From NCBI GenBank assembly GCA_017450165.1, contig JAFSWO010000105.1, positions 13,131 through 77,130 on the forward strand: DNA of 64,000 nt. The letters run 5' to 3'. Source of the stretch: Bacteroidales bacterium. GTDB taxonomy: Bacteria; Bacteroidota; Bacteroidia; Bacteroidales; UBA932. Numbering within the stretch: position 1 is the stretch's first letter; each line of letters starts with the position of its first letter. A program made the translations under genes and the position numbers. The notes under the pieces are model-generated. The model searched no databases. It was not told the DNA's origin and was given only the letters and a program-made list of their open reading frames with translations. Of this stretch, positions 37,350-44,707 are shown in pieces.

Positions 37350-38369
37350 TTAAATGTTTATCGGGACATCCACCACTGTCCAGTCGTCCACGCCGGGCTG
37401 GAAGCCACCGCCTCCACCGGGGGTCGTAGGAACAGGGATGGTGATATCTTCTTCAATATGGATTACCTGATTCTTGATAGCTTCTTCCGTGTAGAATTCG
37501 TCGGTGATGTCACGGCGCCAGATAATGGTGTCGCCGCCCGTGGTCTTCAGGGTGAGCCACAGGACGCTTTCCACATTCGGGTTCTTTCCGAAGGTATTGA
37601 ACGTACCTACGACGATATCGTTGTTGTCATCGTCGGTACCGGGACCCATCTCGAACATCAGGGTGACGTCGGTATTGGTCTTACCTTCCTCGGTGGGCAG
37701 GCCAAGCATGTTGGATGCAATCTGGCCGGTGAGGAGTGCGCGTGCGGAAGATAGGTACTGACGATTCTTGAGGCGGACCGAGATGTGCCAGGTCTGGATG
37801 ATGCTCTCGGCATCGGTCTCGATCACCTGCTCTTCCGTAGTGTTCAGGACGGTGACGATCTCGCGGCTCACGAAGAGGTGGTCCGGTTCGTAAATCACCT
37901 TACCCTCCTGCACCTTCTGCAGAGCGACGGACCAAATGTCCGTCTCAGGATCGTCCTCGAGCAGCGTCTGACCATAGTGGATAGCCGCCAGGAGGCTAGA
38001 CTTCAGTGCGGAAGACACCTCGTTGGTGTAAGCCTCGATCGTATTGTAGTCGCGGTCGTTGCGGACGAGGGTAGCCTCGGTATCGAAGTTGTAACCGATG
38101 AACTTGTACTGTCCCGGAGGAAGGGCGATTCGACCGCCGCCTGCAGGCAGGTAGCTCTCGGTGACGAGTTCGTTGGTGTTGATGTCGAAGAACATCACGC
38201 GCATCATCTCCGGAGTCGGCAGGTTCTGGATCTTACCATTGACCTTGACGTTCAGATTGATACGGATCCTGAGGTCCAGCGTAGCGCTGCCGTACTCAAG
38301 CTCGCGCCGCTCGCAGCCTACGAGGACTGTGAGAAGAACAGCAAGAATTATGAGGATGCGCTTCTTCAT
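37350..38369 (-). CDS. Pilus anchor candidate (FimB/Mfa2-like or DUF5119-type lipoprotein)
   Basis: Lipobox VLVGCE. It lacks the strand + T[RK] maturation motif and the C-terminal xFxPxVxDW motif that the pilins have. It sits directly upstream of the stalk-type genes. Its ATG overlaps the upstream stop (TAATG). Confidence 0.6.
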   Translation of the reverse strand: MKKRILIILAVLLTVLVGCERRELEYGSATLDLRIRINLNVKVNGKIQNLPTPEMMRVMFFDINTNELVTESYLPAGGGRIALPPGQYKFIGYNFDTEATLVRNDRDYNTIEAYTNEVSSALKSSLLAAIHYGQTLLEDDPETDIWSVALQKVQEGKVIYEPDHLFVSREIVTVLNTTEEQVIETDAESIIQTWHISVRLKNRQYLSSARALLTGQIASNMLGLPTEEGKTNTDVTLMFEMGPGTDDDNNDIVVGTFNTFGKNPNVESVLWLTLKTTGGDTIIWRRDITDEFYTEEAIKNQVIHIEEDITIPVPTTPGGGGGFQPGVDDWTVVDVPINI

Positions 38370-40330
38370 TACTGGACCTTAACTTTTTTGTTGTAGTGGA
38401 TCAGGTACCGCAGCGACACCTTTGCGTCGGTGACACCGAAGTAGGTGAGTTTTCCACTGTATTGGTAAACGAGATGCTCGTTGTTGGAGCGTCCCACGTA
38501 GTATCTGTACTGGGTAAAGAGCGGACCGCCGCCCACAGCGAAGTCGAGGCTCCAGTCGTGGCCGAGGGTAAGGCCGTAGCCGATGCCGAGGGTACCGAGG
38601 ATCTCTTCTCCCTGATAACCGCGGCCATTGCGCTCGAAGTCATAGTAGCCTGCGCCCAGAGAAGCGTAAGCATACCAACCGTCAAGCAGTTCGCGATTTG
38701 CTTTGGGCTTGAACGGATTTGCGAAGGTACCGCCGGGATACCAGCGGGCACCGAGGTCGGCATGCAGCAGCTCGGCGCAATCTGCATTGCTGTTCCAAGC
38801 GCGCCAAGGTGCGGTTGCCATATAGTTTGCGAACACGCTGAAGTGCTGTCCGATAGGAACTTCAACACCGATGTTGAGCGGAACGCTGTGGAAACCGGTG
38901 AAGACCGTAGCGGACTCATACAGCAGGTTGTTGGAGATCGCGAAGAGCGGACGGCGCTCCTTGGTGTAAACCTCCGTTGCGGTGGTGCCGGCGGTGTCGG
39001 TTGCAGCAACCGCGTCGGCGTCGGTCACCGTGATGGCGATGGAGTCAGTTGCGGCAACGGCGGTGGTGTCGGTCTGAGGGTAGAGAAGACCCGGAACCAG
39101 CGTATCGACCGGATTCACCGCTGCAACCGTATCTACGGCCTTAACGGCAGTGCTGTCCTCGTTCGCGAGCGCGCGCTCCATAGTATCGCGAGCGTGCGCG
39201 AGGGTATCGGGTAACGCAGGCGCGGCGGTATCAACACTCTCGTACTCAGGGACCACCGATGCGAAACGGGTCTGCGGGAGGACATCCTCCAGGATGCGGT
39301 TCCACGCAGCGTTCTGGCGGAGGGCAGCCTCTTTTGCCTGAGCGCTCAGGTTGGGATTATCAATCGTCTTGAGAAGCTCATATTTCTCGATGGCGGTAAG
39401 GTTGTCGGCATTCTTGACGCTCTCACGAAGTTCATCCCAGGCCTCACCCTGCGACTCAACAACGATCAAGCCACTGAGTTTCGGATACTTAGATTCGATG
39501 TACTGCTTCAAAGCATCACCACGGCGCTGAGCTATCGCCTTGTTGAGGGCCACGGGGCCATCGATGGAGGAACCGGAGATGATTCTCAGTTTGGTCAGAC
39601 GGTCAGCGTTGCGGCCGCTCAGGAATTCGTCGAGGTCGGCGAGCACCTGTGCGTTGTCAGCGAACGTTGCATCAACCTCTGCGGAGTTCAGCGGGAACAG
39701 GATGTTGTAGCGGTCCTGCGATTCTTCAGTGCTCGGAGCAATCTGCTTGAGCGAAACCTCTGCGTAACGGAAGTACTTGAAGAAGTTGCGGTAAAGCAGA
39801 GAGAAAGCCGGCTGCTGACGAAGCTGGGCCTCTTTCTCGTCAGAAGTGATGTCCTTGTCAAGGATGGCAAGGAGCTTGGTGCGGCTCGTCTCATCCAGGC
39901 GCTCGTCGGAAACGACCGCTTCGCGGAGGTCGTCCCATGCCTCAGCGTTCGGGTTCATAAAGACGCGGCCCCAGAGCTTCGGATACTTGGCGAGGAGGTA
40001 ATCACGAAGAGCAGCCGAACGCTTCTCGGAGAGATACTGGTTGTAGTAGACATTGCCTTCCGGGGAGGAGTAAGAAATGATCTCGAGGGCGAGGCTGCTG
40101 TCTTCAGCGCAACGAGCGGCAATTTCTTCTGCAGCTGCGAGCGCATCAGCATTGTTCAGGTACGCCGCGTTGACCGACCACTTGTCCACGGGGAAGAACA
40201 CGCGAGCTGCGGAGTCCTGTGCGAGAGCGTTGGCGCGCGTAAAGAAAAACGCGACCAGGACGAACAAAAGGCGCACTGCGAGCTTTGCAGCCGCGTTTAC
40301 CGCCATGTGGGTTTTGTTGGTCCTGATCAT
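38369..40330 (-). CDS. Fusion protein: 2 x OmpA-like 'SPEG' module, an Ala/Thr/Asp-rich linker and a DUF3575-like outer-membrane beta-barrel
   Basis: It has a signal peptide ending ..ANALAQ. The SPEG modules are LEIISYSSPEGNVYYNQYLSEKRSAALRDYL and LRIISGSSIDGPVALNKAIAQRRGDALKQYI, each followed by EAWD(D/E)LRE. The C-terminal barrel has NNLLYESATVF..LNIGVEVPIG..GWYAYASLGAGYYDF and ends ..SLRY. Confidence 0.75.
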   Translation of the reverse strand: MIRTNKTHMAVNAAAKLAVRLLFVLVAFFFTRANALAQDSAARVFFPVDKWSVNAAYLNNADALAAAEEIAARCAEDSSLALEIISYSSPEGNVYYNQYLSEKRSAALRDYLLAKYPKLWGRVFMNPNAEAWDDLREAVVSDERLDETSRTKLLAILDKDITSDEKEAQLRQQPAFSLLYRNFFKYFRYAEVSLKQIAPSTEESQDRYNILFPLNSAEVDATFADNAQVLADLDEFLSGRNADRLTKLRIISGSSIDGPVALNKAIAQRRGDALKQYIESKYPKLSGLIVVESQGEAWDELRESVKNADNLTAIEKYELLKTIDNPNLSAQAKEAALRQNAAWNRILEDVLPQTRFASVVPEYESVDTAAPALPDTLAHARDTMERALANEDSTAVKAVDTVAAVNPVDTLVPGLLYPQTDTTAVAATDSIAITVTDADAVAATDTAGTTATEVYTKERRPLFAISNNLLYESATVFTGFHSVPLNIGVEVPIGQHFSVFANYMATAPWRAWNSNADCAELLHADLGARWYPGGTFANPFKPKANRELLDGWYAYASLGAGYYDFERNGRGYQGEEILGTLGIGYGLTLGHDWSLDFAVGGGPLFTQYRYYVGRSNNEHLVYQYSGKLTYFGVTDAKVSLRYLIHYNKKVKVQ

Positions 40331-40406
40331 GTTTCAGTTTTTTCTATGTCGATTTTCCGCCCTGCTTATGCGCGCATATATACGCGTACACGAGCAAAAA
40401 TCGGGG

Positions 40407-40414
40407 CAAAGGTA
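40407..40414 (-). promoter_or_regulatory. Candidate -7 box (TACCTTTG) for the pilus operon
   Basis: The plus strand reads caaaggta. It lies 77 nt upstream of the ATG at 40330. Confidence 0.45.
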
Positions 40415-40417
40415 ATG

Positions 40418-40631
40418 CTTTTTTTGAATCGTGAAACTTTTTTTGAATATTTTTTAAAATTAATTTTTGATTCTTGCTGTTTTTGGCCGATAAAAGCACT
40501 AAAATCAGGGGTAAAATAAAATTCTATTGCGGATTCATAAAAAGTTGATGATAATGGCAAAAATGGGGGAGGCGGCAAAAGCACCCCCTAGAGGGCCCCA
40601 GGACGTGAAAAAATCAAGATTCATAAAAAAA
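40418..40631. promoter_or_regulatory. Four copies of an AT-rich 12-13-nt motif, CTTTTT(T/A)TGAAT, arranged as two nested inverted pairs
   Basis: ctttttttgaat occurs at 40418..40429 and 40437..40448. The reverse orientation attcataaaaag occurs at 40533..40544 and attcataaaaaaa at 40619..40631. Confidence 0.4.
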
Positions 40632-40676
40632 TCGCAAAAAAGTGAAAAAATATTTACGATTTTAAGTTATTTGTTT

Positions 40677-40684
40677 TACCTTTG
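40677..40684 (+). promoter_or_regulatory. Candidate -7 box (TACCTTTG) for the pilin-like / 7TM-AraC pair
   Basis: It lies 48 nt upstream of the ATG at 40732. It is the same 8-mer as the divergent promoter box. Confidence 0.45.
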
Positions 40685-40731
40685 TTGACAGAAACAGAAC
40701 ACAATTTCGCGCACACCTATATATATTATAT

Positions 40732-41820
40732 ATGGAAAACAGGAATTCGATATTACGAATCTTAACGATAGGAGCGATTTCGCTTACTATTTTTAACTCA
40801 TGCGCCCAGGATAATTTCGGAATTGAAAGCGAACCTGAGGCTAAGAAAGTCAAATTTGACGTAAAGGTCACTCGCGAGGGAACCGAAATTCCCGGATCCG
40901 CCATCACGCGAGGCTCCTCTTATGAGTCTGAGGTCAACAAAATCGCCACGATGAACACGGAAATCCCCTTCGGTCTCATCGCAGTGGACCCTGAGAGCGA
41001 AACCGTGATTATCGACAATCAGGCCATCCACAACTATGCACACGGTGGTTATACTGGCCTGTTTGACGCCGGCCTGTGGGAAATACCCGTCAAGATGCAG
41101 TTCAGCGCTTACTATCCCTACGTAGAGGGTGTCACCTACTCGGAGGGCAAGAGTTCCTATTCCATTCCTTACTCAGCCGTTGAGACGGAAGCAGGTCCGC
41201 TCGTATCCAAAACCGTGGAGCGCGCCATCCAGCAACTGAACATGGTTCCCTTTGAATTCCAGCATATTACGAACGATATCGGCTTCAAGATTGCAGACGT
41301 AACTCCGGACAAGCGACTGCAGGGCCTGATTCACCTGCGCAAGGTTACCGCCTACAAAGTAGCCTCGGCCGGCGTATTTGTCAATGACCTGGCATTGAGC
41401 CACGGTGTCTGGCACAAGCAGGCCTACTTCCGCAACGTGGTGGTATTCGAGGGTGACGAGCTGGTGGGCGTAGGCGAGGCCAACGAGAAGTTCATCGGCC
41501 GTACTGCACTGGTAGACAAGTTCTCCCAGAGCTATCGCTACTACGCGATCCCGGATGAAATCAAGATTGGAAAGCAATTTATAAAGGTAGAATATGACAT
41601 TGACAGCTTCACCCTCAACGGATTTGAGTATCCGCGACTGGAGGGTGTCGTAGCCAAGTTCATGCTCTACGGTGTGCTGCCGGACAACGTGATGGTCTAC
41701 GGACGCCAGTATACTTTCCACCTGGGGTTGGACCTCTCCTCCGTTTATAGTGAAATTACCTTTAGTCCTTCCGTAAGTGAATGGGAAACAAGAATATACG
41801 AAAATAATGACATTTTCTGA
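40732..41820 (+). CDS. Fimbrillin-family (type V pilin-like) lipoprotein
   Basis: Lipobox IFNSCA. It contains VKFDVKVTREGTEIPGSAITR, FSAYYPY, FEFQHITNDIGFKI and C-terminal ITFSPSVSEWE. Confidence 0.85.
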   Translation: MENRNSILRILTIGAISLTIFNSCAQDNFGIESEPEAKKVKFDVKVTREGTEIPGSAITRGSSYESEVNKIATMNTEIPFGLIAVDPESETVIIDNQAIHNYAHGGYTGLFDAGLWEIPVKMQFSAYYPYVEGVTYSEGKSSYSIPYSAVETEAGPLVSKTVERAIQQLNMVPFEFQHITNDIGFKIADVTPDKRLQGLIHLRKVTAYKVASAGVFVNDLALSHGVWHKQAYFRNVVVFEGDELVGVGEANEKFIGRTALVDKFSQSYRYYAIPDEIKIGKQFIKVEYDIDSFTLNGFEYPRLEGVVAKFMLYGVLPDNVMVYGRQYTFHLGLDLSSVYSEITFSPSVSEWETRIYENNDIF

Positions 41821-43151
41821 TGCTACATGATCTACTGATTTTTGCACCAGTTGCGGCTTGCCTCTTCTGGGCAATCATGCACTGCCTCATAGCCTATCGG
41901 ACCAATACTTTCCCAGCCATCATGGTGCTAACCTTGACGGCTATGGTCTTTTTTATGATAGATGGTTATTACTCCGCTATTTACGGGACACCGGAAGTCT
42001 ATATTTGGTTCTCTTTGATCTATCAGTTGGTGGCGCCGGGATTGATCCCGGCCGCGATGTTTTATATGCGGCGGTTGATGAAGGAGCAACGATACCACTT
42101 CGTGCAATTCCTGTGGGTAATCATCCCAGCCATCATGTTCTCGGTTACTGCCCTGTTAATGAGCATTATAGGACCGTCCGAGATTGTCAATATGACCAAT
42201 GCCATCAACACGCACGGCCTCGCCGTGCTTTCGCAGTATAAAGGGGAGCTGGTATACCGGTATTATGTATGGTCTGATCTCGTGTTGCGCATAGTCATTG
42301 GTATGGAGATGGTTTACATGCTCATCTACATGATTGTTCTTTCCATCAACAGAAAGTATAGCCTTGGGCAAATCTTCAAATTTCTATTTAGAGGTGCCGA
42401 CATCGATGTGCTTCAGATTCAGTTAAATGCGCTATCTGGTATTGCCGTTGTGTATTTGTCCAAATTGTTCTTTTTCAAGAGTTATCTGGATACACACTTG
42501 TGGATCACGGCGCTTTTGTCGGTCTATGTAACCGTGGCCGTCTTCAGCCTCGGCTTTTTCTCACTGTTTGGCGCTCATCCCTCCTTCAGTATCAGGGATA
42601 TCCGCAATTTGATGCGGTTTAATTACAACCGCAAGAATAAGCAGAAGACCATTGAGTCTATGTTTGAACACTTGCTTGAGGATGCCGACACGGAAACCCA
42701 GCGGCGAATCCGCGGTAAGATTGTCGTATCCAGCGAGGTGGATACCTGGGAGCAAAACCAGGCGCAGAGCCGCCCCTCACTGGCAGACGCCTTATTCAAT
42801 GTCAGCAACGAAACCTGGTCGGAAAACAGCATGATGGGGCGCTTCCAGCGCCTGATGCGCGACGAACAGCTCTATCTGAAGCCCGGACTATCGCTGCAGG
42901 ACGTAGCAGAGCGGCTTGGAACCAACAAAACCTATGTCTCCAAGATGGTGAACAACACCTTCAACATGGGCTTCCCCGAACTGTTGAACATCCTGCGCGT
43001 AGATTATGCTGAGCACTATATCGTGTTGCACAAGGACGCCAAGCAGAGTCAGATTGCCGAGGCATGCGGTTTCTTCAGCGCCTCTTCATTCAACAATACC
43101 TTCAAGCACGTCACCGGTATGACGCCGAAGACGTGGCTGAGCACGAGGTAG
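41820..43151 (+). CDS. Membrane-embedded AraC/XylS-family transcriptional regulator with about 7 TM helices and a C-terminal HTH
   Basis: Seven hydrophobic segments fall in residues 1-260, for example LLIFAPVAACLFWAIMHCLIAY and LWITALLSVYVTVAVFSLGFFSLF. The C-terminus is LSLQDVAERLGTNKTYVSKMV...IAEACGFFSASSFNNTFKHVTGMTPKTW. Its ATG overlaps the upstream TGA by 1 nt. Confidence 0.85.
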   Translation: MLHDLLIFAPVAACLFWAIMHCLIAYRTNTFPAIMVLTLTAMVFFMIDGYYSAIYGTPEVYIWFSLIYQLVAPGLIPAAMFYMRRLMKEQRYHFVQFLWVIIPAIMFSVTALLMSIIGPSEIVNMTNAINTHGLAVLSQYKGELVYRYYVWSDLVLRIVIGMEMVYMLIYMIVLSINRKYSLGQIFKFLFRGADIDVLQIQLNALSGIAVVYLSKLFFFKSYLDTHLWITALLSVYVTVAVFSLGFFSLFGAHPSFSIRDIRNLMRFNYNRKNKQKTIESMFEHLLEDADTETQRRIRGKIVVSSEVDTWEQNQAQSRPSLADALFNVSNETWSENSMMGRFQRLMRDEQLYLKPGLSLQDVAERLGTNKTYVSKMVNNTFNMGFPELLNILRVDYAEHYIVLHKDAKQSQIAEACGFFSASSFNNTFKHVTGMTPKTWLSTR

Positions 43152-43191
43152 AGGAGTCGTTGCGCGCCTGTGAGGCAGGTTGCCAATTAGA

Positions 43192-44562
43192 CTAGAGAAA
43201 CAGGTCGGCGATAATTGCGTCGGAGACGAAGAAACGGTCTGCGGGAATACGCAGGCCGTTGTTTGTTTGCACAAGTCTTCCATCGGCGAGCATAGAATCC
43301 AGCTTCGGACGAATCGCTGAAAGGTGTTCCGGAGAAAGGTCGTCCAGCTTTAAACCGACAGCTGTCCGGAGCGAAAGCATCACTTTCTCGTTCGCCAAAT
43401 CTTTGTCCGAGAGTGTTTCAAAATCTAAAATAGATGCTTCTGAGGCGCCCTGACCGATGTTTGAGGCGGTGTTTTCGGTTTCGAAAATGAAACTTTGCGT
43501 GGAGTATTTTGCCAGATAGGCCGCCAGGTCCGGGCGGTTCCAGCAGCGTGTACGGTACCCGTCGTAGGAATGGGCACCCGGGCCAAATCCCCAATAAGGT
43601 TCACGGCGCCAGTAGGCTGAGTTGTGCTGTGCTTCCCGACCCGGCAGCGCAAAATTGGAGATTTCGTACTGGAGGTAGCCGGCGGCGGCAGCGCGCTGCT
43701 GGAGCAGCGCGTACTGCCGGGCGCAGGTCTCCTGCGCCGGCGGCGCGTAGGCGCCTGCCGCCGCCTCGTCGCCCAGCGTACTCCCCTCCTCTACGCTCAT
43801 CTGGTAGCAGGAGAGGTGTTCGGGGTGCAAGGCCAGCGCATGGTCGATAGTCGCGAGCCAGTCATCGTCCGACAGGCCGGCGAAACCAAAAATCAGGTCC
43901 AGCGAGAGGTTGTCGAAGCCGGCTTCACGCGCCATCCGCACGGCGTTTTCCGCCTGCGAGGCCGTATGTCGGCGGCACATCCAGCGCAGGTGGGCGTCGC
44001 AGAAAGACTGAACGCCGATACTCAGGCGGTTCACTCCCAGGCGACGCCACGCAGCGAGTTTCTCCGGCGAAATATCGTCCGGATTCGCCTCCAGCGTAAA
44101 CTCCTCGAACGGAGTCCCTGTTTGGGAACAAATACCGGTGACGGCGGAGACGATGCGCTCCAACTGCTCCGGAGGTAACAGAGACGGGGTTCCGCCGCCA
44201 ATGTAGAGTGTAGGGTGCTCCCACAGGTATGGCGATTGCACCTGTAGGCGCGTTTTGGGCGTATTTTGCTCCCACAGGTGCGGAGATTGAACCTGTAGGC
44301 GCACTTCGGGGGAAGCCTCCCCGGACGAAGAAGGTAAATATGGATCAAAGTGCTGTTTGCGTCCCTCCGAATGGGACGAGGACGGCAAATACGGCCCAAA
44401 ATGCGGTTTACGTCCCTCAAAATGGGACGCAAACCGCACTTCATTCAGGAGGGCGTCTACGTAGCGTTCCAACGACGCTGCATCCGTGCAGCACTCAGAA
44501 TAGAAGCTGCAGTAGCGGCAGAAGGAAGCGCAGAAAGGTATATGTATATATATGCCTGCCAT
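43192..44562 (-). CDS. hemW: Radical SAM heme chaperone HemW (HemN-like, oxygen-independent coproporphyrinogen oxidase family) with an in-frame repeat insertion
   Basis: It begins IYIHIPFCASFCRYCSFYS (CxxxCxxC), followed by LYIGGGTPSLL about 100 residues later, where I expect about 40. The remainder is HemW-like. Confidence 0.9.
   Translation of the reverse strand: MAGIYIHIPFCASFCRYCSFYSECCTDAASLERYVDALLNEVRFASHFEGRKPHFGPYLPSSSHSEGRKQHFDPYLPSSSGEASPEVRLQVQSPHLWEQNTPKTRLQVQSPYLWEHPTLYIGGGTPSLLPPEQLERIVSAVTGICSQTGTPFEEFTLEANPDDISPEKLAAWRRLGVNRLSIGVQSFCDAHLRWMCRRHTASQAENAVRMAREAGFDNLSLDLIFGFAGLSDDDWLATIDHALALHPEHLSCYQMSVEEGSTLGDEAAAGAYAPPAQETCARQYALLQQRAAAAGYLQYEISNFALPGREAQHNSAYWRREPYWGFGPGAHSYDGYRTRCWNRPDLAAYLAKYSTQSFIFETENTASNIGQGASEASILDFETLSDKDLANEKVMLSLRTAVGLKLDDLSPEHLSAIRPKLDSMLADGRLVQTNNGLRIPADRFFVSDAIIADLFL
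44217..44425. repeat. Two different 51-nt-period tandem duplications inside hemW
   Basis: Repeat A units at 44217..44251 and 44268..44302 match at 31 of 35 nt, and each contains cccacaggt...acctgtagg. Repeat B units at 44324..44374 and 44375..44425 match at 40 of 51 nt by my hand alignment. They encode EGRK(P/Q)HF(G/D)PYLPSSS x2 and RLQVQSP(H/Y)LWE x2. Confidence 0.85.
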
Positions 44563-44577
44563 AGGTGTTTCAAGTTA

Positions 44578-44647
44578 GGGCCGCCGGGGAGGACCGCCGG
44601 GGAGGACCGCCGGGAGGACCGCCAGGAAGACCGTCGGGGAGGGCCGC
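44578..44647. repeat. GC-rich tandem repeat of about 5.5 units of 12-13 nt, (g/a)g(g/a)ccg(c/t)c(g/a)gg(g)a
   Basis: The units read gggccgccgggga, ggaccgccgggga, ggaccgccggga, ggaccgccagga, agaccgtcgggga and gggccgc. The array lies 16-85 nt upstream of the hemW ATG. Confidence 0.85.
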
Positions 44648-44707
44648 ATTGGAGCATCGCCGGAGAATATCCCGGGAGCACCCCCTGGAAAACACCGGGA
44701 GGGCTGG

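Noticed and set aside
40418-40631. An invertible (phase-variable) promoter flanked by the nested inverted repeats.
   Set aside because: The repeats are short (12-13 nt) and almost pure A/T, so chance matches are plausible. Both candidate -7 boxes lie outside the repeat-bounded segment. No tyrosine or serine recombinase gene is nearby. I kept them only as possible regulator binding sites.
44578-44647. A possible CRISPR-like or spacer-containing array.
   Set aside because: The units are 12-13 nt and directly abutting, with no spacers. There are no cas genes. It is a simple tandem repeat.
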